The position numbers and the translations under genes are program-made. A stretch of 64,000 nucleotides of DNA from Acidobacteriota bacterium (GTDB taxonomy: Bacteria; Acidobacteriota; UBA6911): positions 4,224,001-4,288,000 of the forward strand of contig OY761556.1 of assembly GCA_963664705.1 (NCBI GenBank), read 5' to 3'. Positions 30,454-40,446 of this stretch are shown here, in pieces. Under the pieces are notes generated by a model. The model saw nothing but the letters and a program-made list of their open reading frames with translations, was not told the DNA's origin and made no database searches. Each line of letters opens with the position of its first letter. Position 1 is the first letter of the stretch.

Positions 30454-31482
30454 TTATTTTGCCTTGCCAAGCCGCCGGCCAAGAGTTGTGGCAATAATGC
30501 GGCATCGATTCATCAAGAGTCCGAATTCCTCGAAGGTCAAAGATTGCGGCCCATCGGACAGAGCCTTGTCGGGGTTAGGATGGATTTCCACCATGATACC
30601 ATCGGCGCCCGCGGCCACAGCTGCCCTGGCCATGGCGGCGACGAATCGACGGGTTCCCACGCCATGGCTTGGATCCGCAATAATCGGCAAATGCGAGAGG
30701 TGCTTCACGACGGGAATCGCTGATAGATCCAGCGTGTTTCGTGTGGCGGTCTCAAATGTGCGAATGCCTCTTTCGCACAAAATGACATCCGGGTTCCCTT
30801 CTGTCAGGATGTATTCAGCGCTCATCAGCAATTCCTGGATAGTTGCAGACAAACCCCGCTTCAGGAGAACCGGTTTGCCCGCATGCCCGAGGGCCGTCAG
30901 CAGCGGATAATTCTGCATATTGCGGGCACCGACCTGAAGGAGATCCGCATACTGCGCAACGGTATCAATCATTTCGATTGTCATGACTTCCGTAACCACC
31001 GCCAGTCCATGCCGGTCCGCCGCTTTCCGCAGAAGTTTCAGTCCTTCAAGCCCAAGTCCCTGGTAGGAATATGGGGATGACCGCGGCTTGAAAGCGCCTC
31101 CTCTTAATATCTGCGCTCCGCTTGCCGCCACCATCTCCGCACTGGCTTCAATTTGCTCCTCCGTTTCCACAGCACAGGGCCCGGCCATCACGGCCACCTC
31201 CATCCCGCCCACCAGGACATTTTCGCCGACACGGACTACCGTGTTTTCAGGGTGAAACTCATGGCTTGCGAGCTTATAGGGCGTGGAAACCAGGACTACA
31301 TCGCGAACTCCCGGCATTAGGGAAAAGGACCCGATGTCGAGTCGATTGCGATCACCCACCACACCCAGGATCGTGTGTTCTGTACCATCGGACCGATGCA
31401 CGAGCAGGCCGGCGTCCTTAATTTTCTGCTCCACAGCCTGGATCTGCGCCTCTGTGGCCTTTGCCTCACATACGACGATCAT
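30454..31482 (-). CDS. aroF: DAHP synthase type I-beta with N-terminal ACT-like regulatory domain
   Basis: [48 protein letters not shown] 31482 after GGAG. Confidence 0.92.
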   Translation of the reverse strand: MIVVCEAKATEAQIQAVEQKIKDAGLLVHRSDGTEHTILGVVGDRNRLDIGSFSLMPGVRDVVLVSTPYKLASHEFHPENTVVRVGENVLVGGMEVAVMAGPCAVETEEQIEASAEMVAASGAQILRGGAFKPRSSPYSYQGLGLEGLKLLRKAADRHGLAVVTEVMTIEMIDTVAQYADLLQVGARNMQNYPLLTALGHAGKPVLLKRGLSATIQELLMSAEYILTEGNPDVILCERGIRTFETATRNTLDLSAIPVVKHLSHLPIIADPSHGVGTRRFVAAMARAAVAAGADGIMVEIHPNPDKALSDGPQSLTFEEFGLLMNRCRIIATTLGRRLGKAK

Positions 31483-31495
31483 AAAAATTCTCCCC

Positions 31496-31598
31496 AAAAA
31501 TACGAACGGCCCACCGGTTTCCCTGGTGAGCCGTTCTTTCTCTTCTGTTCTGAATGCGACGAAGAAAGGAAAAGACGAGGCCCTCAGGGGTCGGTCTT
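31496..31598 (-). promoter_or_regulatory. Transcription attenuator (pause, antiterminator and terminator hairpins) of aroF-tyrA
   Basis: Terminator stem GAACGGCUCACC/GGUGGGCCGUUC (31536-31504) followed by GUAUUUUU; hairpin over the leader stop (31598-31572); complementary pyrimidine and purine tracts between them. Confidence 0.75.
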
Positions 31599-31637
31599 AT
31601 ATGAGCGGTAATAGTAAAGAGAATAGCAAATGCTCAT
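31584..31637 (-). CDS. Tyrosine-rich leader peptide (17 aa, [17 protein letters not shown])
   Basis: ATG AGC ATT TGC TAT TCT CTT TAC TAT TAC CGC TCA TAT AAG ACC GAC CCC TGA, preceded by GAAGGAAG; 5 Tyr codons including YYY; lies upstream of aroF-tyrA. Confidence 0.8.
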   Translation of the reverse strand: MSICYSLYYYRSYKTDP

Positions 31638-31802
31638 TTCATCTTCCTTCAGCGTTATATAGTACCAGAAATCAGCGTCCGCTGTTAGCAGTTAGTATGG
31701 AGTCGGTCTATCCTGACATCTGCCCGGCAATTCTCCCCTGGAAACAACACCTCGTCTATCGCACTGTATTCCAAGGAATTCAGACTAAGGAGGATGTGAT
31801 GT

Positions 31803-32198
31803 ATGGCCACATGGGGACTTGTCGAATACCGCGATGCCTCACCCGAGGTGCGCGCAATCTATGATGACATTATGGCGACGCGGAAAGTGGACTGGATCAA
31901 CAATTTCTGGAAAGCTCTCGCCCACGATCCTGCCACGTTAAAGCGGACGTGGCAAAGCATCAAGGAAATCATGGCACCGGGCAGACTGGATCCGCTGGTG
32001 AAGGAAATGTTGTATCTCGCGGTCAGCGCCACAAACCAGTGCGGGTACTGCATTGCATCGCACACGGCCGCCGCAAGAAAGGCAGGAATGACGGAGGAAA
32101 TGTTTGCCGAACTCATGGCGGTTGTCGGGATGGCAAATGAAACGAATCGCCTCGCCAGCGGATACCAGGTGGAAATCGATCCTCGGTTTAAAACCTAA
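31803..32198 (+). CDS. Carboxymuconolactone decarboxylase / AhpD family protein
   Basis: KEMLYLAVSATNQCGYCIASH (CxxC..H); AGGAGG RBS. Confidence 0.85.
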   Translation: MATWGLVEYRDASPEVRAIYDDIMATRKVDWINNFWKALAHDPATLKRTWQSIKEIMAPGRLDPLVKEMLYLAVSATNQCGYCIASHTAAARKAGMTEEMFAELMAVVGMANETNRLASGYQVEIDPRFKT

Positions 32199-32313
32199 TT
32201 TCGACTCGACGGCGCATACGCTCCAAAGGCTCAAAGTCTCTGCGCTGGCTCAAAACACCTGAGTCAAGTATGATGGTGAGGGCATCAGACCAAAATTAAC
32301 CGGAGAAAACAAA

Positions 32314-32946
32314 GTGCTTGTCAGACAATTCGAAGTCGGGAATTTCAATATATTCAGCTACCTCGTGGCAGATGAACAGACCAAGGAAGCGTTATTCATT
32401 GATCCGTCTGCGGAACAGGATCTTCTTCTCAAGGAAGCCGCCGTTCACGGCCTGACGATCAAATATATTGTCAATACGCATCACCACATTGACCATACCA
32501 TGGGCAACAGGGAGATGGCCGGCAGAACCGGCGCCAAAATAATCATCCACGAATTGGATGCCCCTGAGCTTCAGTCTACTCCCCGCGAAATGCTGGAAAT
32601 GTTCGGGGCCCAGCAATCGCCGCCCGCGGACATCCTGGTCGCAGACAACCAGCAGATCCAGGTCGGAAGCATAGCGCTCCAGGTCATTCATACACCAGGA
32701 CACACGCCAGGAGGTATGTGCCTGTACACTGACGGCATGGTTTTCACCGGCGACACACTGTTTGTGGGATCAATCGGCAGAACCGATTTCCCGGGCGGTT
32801 CTTGGGATCAACTGGAGCAGTCAGTGAAGACCAGGCTCTATACGCTCCCTGGAAATACCGTGGTTTTTCCGGGACACAATTATGGGATGCAGCCCAGTTC
32901 CACCATTGATCTGGAACGGCGAACAAACCAATTCATTCGCGGATAG
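32314..32946 (+). CDS. MBL-fold metallo-hydrolase (glyoxalase II-like)
   Basis: THHHIDH, HTPGHTPG, FTGDTLF, GRTDFPGG, PGH. Confidence 0.88.
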   Translation: MLVRQFEVGNFNIFSYLVADEQTKEALFIDPSAEQDLLLKEAAVHGLTIKYIVNTHHHIDHTMGNREMAGRTGAKIIIHELDAPELQSTPREMLEMFGAQQSPPADILVADNQQIQVGSIALQVIHTPGHTPGGMCLYTDGMVFTGDTLFVGSIGRTDFPGGSWDQLEQSVKTRLYTLPGNTVVFPGHNYGMQPSSTIDLERRTNQFIRG

Positions 32947-33003
32947 CTATTCGAGGCAGTTGCCCTAGGGACCGTTGACTGCCAATCCAAAAGGAGTGTG
33001 TGG

Positions 33004-34719
33004 ATGAAAGCATATGCTGCCGCGACATTGGCTATTCTCTGTGCGCTGGCGCTGTCCTTTTCTGCAGCAGCAACGGCACCGGCTTCCAACCTCATTGTGC
33101 AGGTGCTCCGGGATGAATTGAACCGGGCCATGGCAGTTCTGCGCACGCAAAGCGACCCTGCCTACTTTCTATCCTATGAAGTGACGGATCTCAGCGGCAC
33201 GAACATCGATGCCAATCTCGGTGCACTGCGTTCCAGCCGGACCAGCCATGCCCGCTACCTCGATATCGAAGTTCGGATCGGAGACTATGGATTCGACAAC
33301 ACTCACCAGATCCGTGGGGCTCGCGGCGGCAGTTCTGCCCCTGCCTACTCGGATCCGGTTATCATGCCGATCGAGGATGACGTCTACGCTCTGAAAAGCG
33401 TGATTTGGCTGGAGACCGATCGCAGATACAAGGCGGCTGTCGAGCGTTGGATCCAGGTAAAGGCCAATCGTGCGATCAAAGTGGAAGAGGACAACATTTC
33501 GTCCGATTTATCCCTGGAGAATGCCCAGACAGCCTCGCTTCCATTGGCCAGCGTTCCTGTCAATTCAGGCGACTGGGAAAACAGGGCGAGAAAATACTCC
33601 TCGCTCTTCGCCCAATACCCCGAATTGCTCGAGGGCTCCGTGTCGTTCACTTCCACCGCCACCAACAAATACCTTGTGAATAGCGAAGGCACGTCGATTC
33701 AATACGGGAAACCGTCATTTCGACTGGGTATCTATGGGAGAACCAAGGCCGAAGATGGTATGGAGTTATATCGATTCGAGGCCTTTGATGCGCTGTCCGT
33801 ATCGGGAATGCCTGAAGACGCCGTTGTCTACAATGCGGTCGAGCGCATCGCCAAAGATCTAAAAGCACTTCGCTCGGCTCCCATGATCGAACCCTACACC
33901 GGACCGGCAATTTTATCAGGCCGCGCGGCCGGCGTTTTCTTCCACGAAATCTTTGGTCATCGGATTGAAGGACAGCGGCAAAAGAACGATGATGAAGGCC
34001 AGACCTTCAGCAGGCAAATCAACAAGCCCGTGCTTCCCGAATTCCTTTCCGTTATCGACGACCCGACCTCAAGACAATCCGTCGGGATCGATCTGAACGG
34101 TTATTATCCCTTTGACGACGAGGGAGTCGCCGCCCACGCGGTCCCGATCGTGGAAAACGGCATCCTGAAAAACTTCCTGATGTCGCGCCTTCCCCTTCCC
34201 GGATTTGCTCAATCCAATGGCCATGGACGCAAAGCCCCCGGATACCGGCCGGCCGGCCGCCAGGGCAATCTCATGGTCGTGGCATCCCGGTCGGTTTCGA
34301 ATGCACGCCTGCGTGAAATGCTGATTGAAGAGGTCAAGAAACAGGGCAAACCATTCGGGCTGTTCTTCGACGACATCTCCGGCGGATTCACTACAACGAG
34401 CCGCTCCAGCCCCCAGGCATTCCAGGTAACTCCTATTATGGTTTACCGTATATATGCGGATGGCCGCCCGGACGAGCTGGTCCGTGGCGTGGACCTGATT
34501 GGTACGCCTTTGACTTCTTTCAGCAAGATCGTGGCGGCGGGAGACCGACAGGAAGTTTTCAACGGCTTCTGTGGAGCCGAATCCGGATCGGTCCCGGTAT
34601 CAGCCGTCGCCCCCGCGATTCTGACCACGCAGATCGAGGTTCAGAAAAAGCCGAAATCGGCAGAACGCCTGCCCATCCTGCCGCCGCCTCCGGCAACACC
34701 AGAGGGAGGACGGCCATGA
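33004..34719 (+). CDS. TldD-like metalloprotease with signal peptide
   Basis: FHEIFGHRIEG (HExxxH), FDDEGV, SNGHGR, GFCGAESG; N-terminal signal peptide. Confidence 0.82.
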   Translation: MKAYAAATLAILCALALSFSAAATAPASNLIVQVLRDELNRAMAVLRTQSDPAYFLSYEVTDLSGTNIDANLGALRSSRTSHARYLDIEVRIGDYGFDNTHQIRGARGGSSAPAYSDPVIMPIEDDVYALKSVIWLETDRRYKAAVERWIQVKANRAIKVEEDNISSDLSLENAQTASLPLASVPVNSGDWENRARKYSSLFAQYPELLEGSVSFTSTATNKYLVNSEGTSIQYGKPSFRLGIYGRTKAEDGMELYRFEAFDALSVSGMPEDAVVYNAVERIAKDLKALRSAPMIEPYTGPAILSGRAAGVFFHEIFGHRIEGQRQKNDDEGQTFSRQINKPVLPEFLSVIDDPTSRQSVGIDLNGYYPFDDEGVAAHAVPIVENGILKNFLMSRLPLPGFAQSNGHGRKAPGYRPAGRQGNLMVVASRSVSNARLREMLIEEVKKQGKPFGLFFDDISGGFTTTSRSSPQAFQVTPIMVYRIYADGRPDELVRGVDLIGTPLTSFSKIVAAGDRQEVFNGFCGAESGSVPVSAVAPAILTTQIEVQKKPKSAERLPILPPPPATPEGGRP

Positions 34720-36401
34720 AGACACTGATCCGATTCGCGCAATCCATATTTGGCCTGCTTTTCCTGTGTCTCGCACTGGCTCCTGTCGCTTCTGGACAGA
34801 ATCAGTCGCCCCGTGGGGATGCAGTCATGAACGCAATGAGCGACGAGCTCAGCCGCTCCATGGCTGAACTCCAGTTGAAGGATTTGGGGAAGCCCTATTT
34901 TGTGCAATACACCGTGATGGACGAAGAAGAGTATGCCGGGCAGGCCACGTTTGGAGCATTGACATCCTGGGAGTGCGTACGGCAGCGCGTAATGCAGGCG
35001 CAGGTTCGGGTGGGCTCTTATCAGCTCGACAGTTCGGACTTCCTATCGAGCCGCGGCGAATCCTCCGGGACACAGTTGGTCCAGACCGCGGTGGACAATG
35101 ACTATCGGGAACTCCGACATTCATTGTGGCTGGCAACGGATGCCGCCTACAAACAGTCTGCGGAGATGCTGGCACGCAAACGAGCCTTTCTGCAAAACAA
35201 GGTTCAGGAGGACCAGACCCCGGATTTCTCAAAGGAAAAAGCGCTTCAGTCGATAAAGGCTCGGCAGAATCTCAAGTTCAACACCGCTGAAATGCAGGAG
35301 CGCTTGAGAGATTGGTCCCGCCTGTTCCAGCTGTATCCCGAAATACAGAAATCGCGAGTGGGCATGATTTTGCGTCTTACTCATCGATATCTTGTGAATA
35401 GCGAAGGGACGCATGTCCTGCAGCCTTCCCTGCTGCTTATCGTTGAAATTGAGGCGAGTGCGCAGGCTGCCGACGGCATGCAGATCACACAATCGATCCC
35501 ATTCTACGCCCGAAGTTTCAATGCACTTCCCTCAGCCAAAAAAATCGAGTCTTCCATTGAGGAAATGGCTGAGCAGATGAAGCAGCTTCGTGCGGCCCCT
35601 CTCTTGAAGGAGGATTACTCCGGTCCGGTACTCTTGACCGGGACCGCATCCCCCGATTTTTTTGCCCGTGTCCTGGCTTCAAATCTCACCGGTCAGCGGG
35701 GCCCGATGACGGACCGGATGCAGCAGGCCGCACGCACGAGCGATCTTCTGGATCGTATGAATAGGCCCATTTTGCCGGTATATATCTCTGTTTACGATGA
35801 CCCCGCCATGGACCGTTTTGGCAATGAGCCTCTGATCGGAAGCTATGACATCGATGATCAGGGAGTTCCCGCACAACGTGTTTCACTCGTCGAATCGGGA
35901 ATTCTCACTGATTTTCTGATGGCTCGCCGACCCATTCCCGGCCATCTGCAATCCAACGGGCATGGCCGGTCCGGCTTCCCCGGCCGGGAGACGGCGACCA
36001 TCAGCAACCTGATCCTGACCGCGGAAAAGGGGAAGAGCTATTCGGACCTCAAACAGGAACTGATTCGGTTATGCAGGGAGGAAAGACTATCCTATGGCAT
36101 CGTGATCAAGGCTCTCGGCCCCGTATCAAACGGGCTTTTTCCATTTCTCGTCTATAGGGTCAATGTTGCGGATGGTTCGGAAGAGCTGATTCGCGGCGTG
36201 AATCCGGCCGGCTTTGCGGTTCGGTCGCTGCGTCACATTCAGGCCGCCGGAGATACCATTGTAGTGGCGAATCGTCTGATGGGTACGCCGGGAGCGGAAA
36301 CTCCTGTCAGCGTCGCGGCTCCCGCGGTATTACTTGAGGAAATGGAACTGAAGCGATTCACCGGCGCCCAGCAGCGTCCTTCAATTCTGTCCAGGCCCTA
36401 A
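34716..36401 (+). CDS. TldE/PmbA-like non-catalytic partner with signal peptide
   Basis: Paralog of the upstream gene (DDQGV, SNGHGR) lacking HExxxH; ATGA overlap. Confidence 0.78.
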   Translation: MKTLIRFAQSIFGLLFLCLALAPVASGQNQSPRGDAVMNAMSDELSRSMAELQLKDLGKPYFVQYTVMDEEEYAGQATFGALTSWECVRQRVMQAQVRVGSYQLDSSDFLSSRGESSGTQLVQTAVDNDYRELRHSLWLATDAAYKQSAEMLARKRAFLQNKVQEDQTPDFSKEKALQSIKARQNLKFNTAEMQERLRDWSRLFQLYPEIQKSRVGMILRLTHRYLVNSEGTHVLQPSLLLIVEIEASAQAADGMQITQSIPFYARSFNALPSAKKIESSIEEMAEQMKQLRAAPLLKEDYSGPVLLTGTASPDFFARVLASNLTGQRGPMTDRMQQAARTSDLLDRMNRPILPVYISVYDDPAMDRFGNEPLIGSYDIDDQGVPAQRVSLVESGILTDFLMARRPIPGHLQSNGHGRSGFPGRETATISNLILTAEKGKSYSDLKQELIRLCREERLSYGIVIKALGPVSNGLFPFLVYRVNVADGSEELIRGVNPAGFAVRSLRHIQAAGDTIVVANRLMGTPGAETPVSVAAPAVLLEEMELKRFTGAQQRPSILSRP

Positions 36402-37746
36402 ACCTGGACACCCACTATTTTTGAATATTTCTTCGCTCAATTCCCATGGTTCGCCATTAGTAACTATGCGAGGAGGCAAACCATGGGATTGGCAAGAAAC
36501 AACTATGTCATCGAAGGGGAGGAAGGTGTTTATCACTGCATCAGCCGATGCGTCCGCAGAGCTTATCTTTGCGGATATGACCCGCTTAGCGGCCGGGACT
36601 TCTCCCATCGCAAAAAATGGATTCTCGATCGTTTGAAACATCTTGCCGGCATCTTCGCCATCGACGTATGCGCTTACGCCATCATGGAAAACCACGTGCA
36701 TTCCATCTTGCGCACTCGACCCGACATTCTTCGCTCCTGGTCTGATTCCGATGTCGCCGCTCGCTGGCTTGAGCTTTGCCCCCGAAAATCCTGCATCGGC
36801 AAAAAACCCCTTCCTCCTCGGGCTGAACAGATCCAGGCCTTAACCGATTGTCCGGAACACATTGCGGTTCTGCGCAAGCGGTTGGGCAGCTTGAGTTGGT
36901 TCATGTCCAAATTCAATGAATTCATCGCGCGCAAGGCCAACAAGGAGGATATCGTCAAGGGCCGCTTCTGGGAATCCCGCTTCAAATGCCAGGCACTCCT
37001 GGATGGCCCCGCTATCACAGCCTGCATGGTCTATGTTGATTTGAATCTGGTCCGGGCCGGTATTGCTTCTACTCCCGAAGACAGCGACTTCGCCAGCATC
37101 CAGGAGCGTCTCCGCGCCTGGCATCGCCAATCCTTGTCCCAGCAACCAGCCTCTCAACCCAGTGATTCGGACCCGGCTTTCGATCATTCTCCACTTGAAA
37201 CTGCTTCCGACAGCTGGCTGGCTCCGATTCAGTCCACCCCCGGTCGACGGGGCATCCTCGACATATCCGCAGCCGAATATTTTGATCTGGTCGACCGATC
37301 GGGACGCGTGATTCGCTCTGATAAGCCCGGGTTCATCGACGCCCGCCTTGCCCCGATCCTGAATCGCATCGGAGCTGTTCCCAAGGAATGGAGGGAAACC
37401 ATATCTCATTTTGGTTCCACATTCCTGCTGGCCGCTGGCAGCCTGACCCACATGCGTGAATTCGCAGACCGGCTCAACCGGCATTGGTTCAAAGGCTTGT
37501 CGACCGCTCGATCCGTTTTCGCATAGTCCGGAGTATTCTGGACTCAGCGCATTTTCGGGATTAATCCAATGTCCGCCTGCCTACCCGCGTAAAATACTCT
37601 CGAATAGCTCATCAACTACGAAGAACATCACAATTCTTCTTATGGTATTCTCCAACAGCTCGCATCGAAAGTCGGAGCTTTTCTACCGGGATCTTTCCCG
37701 AAACTCCTCGCTCGGTTTTCCGAACAAATCATGGGTGTCCAGGTTT
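36400..37746 (+). mobile_element. RAYT-like HUH transposase element bounded by 15-bp inverted repeats
   Basis: aaacctggacaccca (36400-36414) and its exact reverse complement (37732-37746). Confidence 0.7.
36483..37526 (+). CDS. REP-associated tyrosine transposase-like (Y1 HUH) protein
   Basis: YHCISRCVRRAYLCG, AYAIMENHVH (HUH), GRFWESRFK, MVYVDLN; GGAGG RBS. Confidence 0.85.
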   Translation: MGLARNNYVIEGEEGVYHCISRCVRRAYLCGYDPLSGRDFSHRKKWILDRLKHLAGIFAIDVCAYAIMENHVHSILRTRPDILRSWSDSDVAARWLELCPRKSCIGKKPLPPRAEQIQALTDCPEHIAVLRKRLGSLSWFMSKFNEFIARKANKEDIVKGRFWESRFKCQALLDGPAITACMVYVDLNLVRAGIASTPEDSDFASIQERLRAWHRQSLSQQPASQPSDSDPAFDHSPLETASDSWLAPIQSTPGRRGILDISAAEYFDLVDRSGRVIRSDKPGFIDARLAPILNRIGAVPKEWRETISHFGSTFLLAAGSLTHMREFADRLNRHWFKGLSTARSVFA

Positions 37747-37753
37747 CCAGGCC

Positions 37754-38395
37754 TTACTTAACTGCGGCTAGAATTTTGTTCAGGAATGCCGCCTCAGGAC
37801 CAGACCCTTCAATGGAGTGATTCTCATTGATGACGGTTTTCGGCACACCTCGAATGCTGTATTTCTGAGCCAGGTGCGGAAATTCCGAAACCTCCACGGC
37901 ATCCACCGTAATCAGTCGATTTTCCATGGCGGCTTGATGCGCCAGCTGCACCGCAGCCGGGCAATACGGTCAGGTAGGGGTAACAAAAACCTGGAGATGA
38001 ACCGGAACATCTATCTCCTTCAATAGCTGCCTGCTCTCCGGAGACAGGTTCGAATCACCCTGCGAAACCATAATGATGCTGTGCAGAAATGACGAGAACT
38101 CATATCCGGCGGGTATGCCATAAAAGCGAATACCGACCCCGACCCCGTTCTCCACTACGGTGGCCGGGACCTTGTCAATTTTATACTTCGAGACCATTTC
38201 CTGGTCGGCTTTAAAATCAAACACTTGCAGTTTGATTCTGTCCTCGATGGCGCACAGCTCTTCCAACAACTCGCGGTTATCTTTGCAATAATCGCAGTCC
38301 ATCTCCTGGGTGAAATAGCTGAGCGTAACCTCCGATTTCATTTCACTTAAAGCCCGTTTGATTTCGGGTTTGTCGGAATCCTGGATGAATGCCAT
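37754..38395 (-). CDS. Protein disulfide oxidoreductase (AhpF N-terminal-like, two thioredoxin folds), predicted selenoprotein with Sec at 37972-37970
   Basis: ORFs 37970-38443 and 37754-37951 are in frame and separated only by a TGA in VFVTPT-TGA-PYCPAAV; first motif CDYC; GIPAGYEFSSF; GGAGG RBS before ATG 38395. Confidence 0.88.
37938..37969 (-). promoter_or_regulatory. Bacterial SECIS-like hairpin
   Basis: UGA-CCGUAUUGC-CCGGCUGC-GGU-GCAGCUGG: 8-bp stem with a G-first loop starting 17 nt after the UGA. Confidence 0.65.
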
Positions 38396-38442
38396 CCGCA
38401 CCTCCATTCCTATGGTTGAGGTCAACGAGTTTTGCAGAAACA

Positions 38443-40446
38443 CTAACCCTGATAGATTTTGCGCATCAGATCGGCAAATTGTCCGAAGCGCAAGGCCTGC
38501 GGACCATCGCTGAGCGCCTTTTCCGGTTCAGGGTGAATTTCAACGACCAATCCGTGAGGCCCTACCGCGTGCGCGGCAAGTGCGAGCGGAATGACCAGAT
38601 CTCTTTTGCCTGCCGCATGCGACGGATCCACGATGATCGGCAAATGTGTCAGACTTTTCAGAATAGGGATAGAGCCGAGATCGAGCGTATTCCGAGTAGC
38701 GGTCTCAAAGGTCCGGATGCCCCGTTCACACAGGATCACCTGGTGATTGCCCCGATCAAGAATGTACTCGGCCGCACTCAGAAATTCCTCCATCGTCGAC
38801 ATCATCCCGCGTTTGAGAAGCACCGGGCGATTGGACCGGCCCACTTCGCTCAGAAGGCTGAAATTCTGCATATTGCGTGCTCCGATTTGCAGCACGTCCG
38901 CGTATCGCGAGACCGGCTCCACATCCGAGGGCGAAAGAACTTCAGTCACAATAGGCAGGTCATATTCTTTACCGGCCTCAGCCAACAACTCCAGCCCTTC
39001 AAAGCCCATCCCCTGAAAACTGTAGGGACTTGTTCTCGGCTTGAAACAACCGCCCCGCAACAATTGTCCGCCACACTCTTTCACATAGCGCGCGCACTTG
39101 TGGATCTGTTCTCTCGACTCCACGGCACATGGGCCGGCAATGACCACAAACCCCGGCCCCCCAATCCTCACACCACCGATGGATATGATGGTGTCATCCG
39201 GCTTGTGCCCACGGCTCGCCAGTTTATAGCTGCCGGATTCTTTCTTGGCCGGAGCCTGCTCGGGAACCTCCTCCGGCTCTGCAGCACCCGATGCAAGAAC
39301 CTCAACCCTGGGAGAAGTCTTGGCCCGATGCTGCGCCGGATAGGAGCCAAGCACTTTCAGCGAAGTGGTTGCCGAGCGAAGCTGAGCAACAGCTCGGGCA
39401 ATTCTCTCCTCCCCGATATTGCCTTCGAAATCGAGGTAGAACATATATTGAAAAGGCATGCCCGGAATTGGACGGCTTTCCAGTTTCGAAAGATTGATCT
39501 GATATTCGTGCAACAGGGTTAGCGCTTGCAGCAATGATCCCTCTTCGTGCGACGTTGCCATGATCAGCGATGTCTTGCAGGGAATTCGCAGGTCCACAGT
39601 CGCGGGTTTCTTCGCCAATATCAGGAACCGCGTATAGTTGTTCTGCTGATCTTCAATATTCCGGCGAATCACTTTCAAACCATACAACCTTGCAGCTTCC
39701 TCACTGGCAATGGCCGCGACACTCGGATCCTTGGCATCCTTCACCTTGAGGACAGCCATTGCCGAGTCCGTATAGGGCATCGCCTGACAATTTGGAAGCT
39801 TGGCCACAAATTTCATACACTCCGCCAGCGCCTGGGGATGGGAGTAAATTTGCCGAACGCTGGCCAGCGGGACCTCGTCGAGACCTAGCAGGCAGTGCTC
39901 CACACGCAAAACCTCTTCACCCACAATGGAGAGCTGGGCAATCGACAGCAGATCGTATACCTCGTTAATGCTGCCAGCCGCCGTATTCTCAACCGGAACA
40001 AGCCCATAGTCCACATCGCCGTCCTCTACAGCATTAACAACCTGCTCCAGTGTATCGACACCGACAAAAACAGTCTTATCGAGATAGGGAGAAAAATACT
40101 TGCGCCCGGCCAATTCGCTATAAGCCCCTTCGATCCCCTGAAAGGCAACACGCTTCAATTCCGACTTGTCATAATCGAGAAGATGCAGTTGCTGGGAACG
40201 GATTGAATCATCGATGATCTCATGAAAGACTCGTGTAACGAGATGCGCATCGAGACCCTGGCCGCGCCCCTTGGCAATCAGTCCATCAAGCAGCTGCTCT
40301 TCCCTGCCGGCATCGCGTATCGGCGATCCGAGCTGATCCTTGGCTTCAATGATTCTTTCCGCCAACTTGCGCCGGTCGGCCAAAGCCTTTAGTATTCGTT
40401 CATCAACGGAGTTTATTTCACCTCTGATTTTCTCAAGATCGTCCAT
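38443..40446 (-). CDS. pheA: Trifunctional chorismate mutase - prephenate dehydratase (ACT) - DAHP synthase
   Basis: [19 protein letters not shown]; PDT VAFQG..GAYS, PVEN, SHPQAL, NYTRF; [13 protein letters not shown]; [28 protein letters not shown]. Confidence 0.88.
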   Translation of the reverse strand: MDDLEKIRGEINSVDERILKALADRRKLAERIIEAKDQLGSPIRDAGREEQLLDGLIAKGRGQGLDAHLVTRVFHEIIDDSIRSQQLHLLDYDKSELKRVAFQGIEGAYSELAGRKYFSPYLDKTVFVGVDTLEQVVNAVEDGDVDYGLVPVENTAAGSINEVYDLLSIAQLSIVGEEVLRVEHCLLGLDEVPLASVRQIYSHPQALAECMKFVAKLPNCQAMPYTDSAMAVLKVKDAKDPSVAAIASEEAARLYGLKVIRRNIEDQQNNYTRFLILAKKPATVDLRIPCKTSLIMATSHEEGSLLQALTLLHEYQINLSKLESRPIPGMPFQYMFYLDFEGNIGEERIARAVAQLRSATTSLKVLGSYPAQHRAKTSPRVEVLASGAAEPEEVPEQAPAKKESGSYKLASRGHKPDDTIISIGGVRIGGPGFVVIAGPCAVESREQIHKCARYVKECGGQLLRGGCFKPRTSPYSFQGMGFEGLELLAEAGKEYDLPIVTEVLSPSDVEPVSRYADVLQIGARNMQNFSLLSEVGRSNRPVLLKRGMMSTMEEFLSAAEYILDRGNHQVILCERGIRTFETATRNTLDLGSIPILKSLTHLPIIVDPSHAAGKRDLVIPLALAAHAVGPHGLVVEIHPEPEKALSDGPQALRFGQFADLMRKIYQG

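Noticed and set aside
37970-37972. Nonsense mutation / pseudogene reading of the oxidoreductase
   Set aside because: The TGA sits on the catalytic Cys position, the frame continues intact and a SECIS-like hairpin follows.
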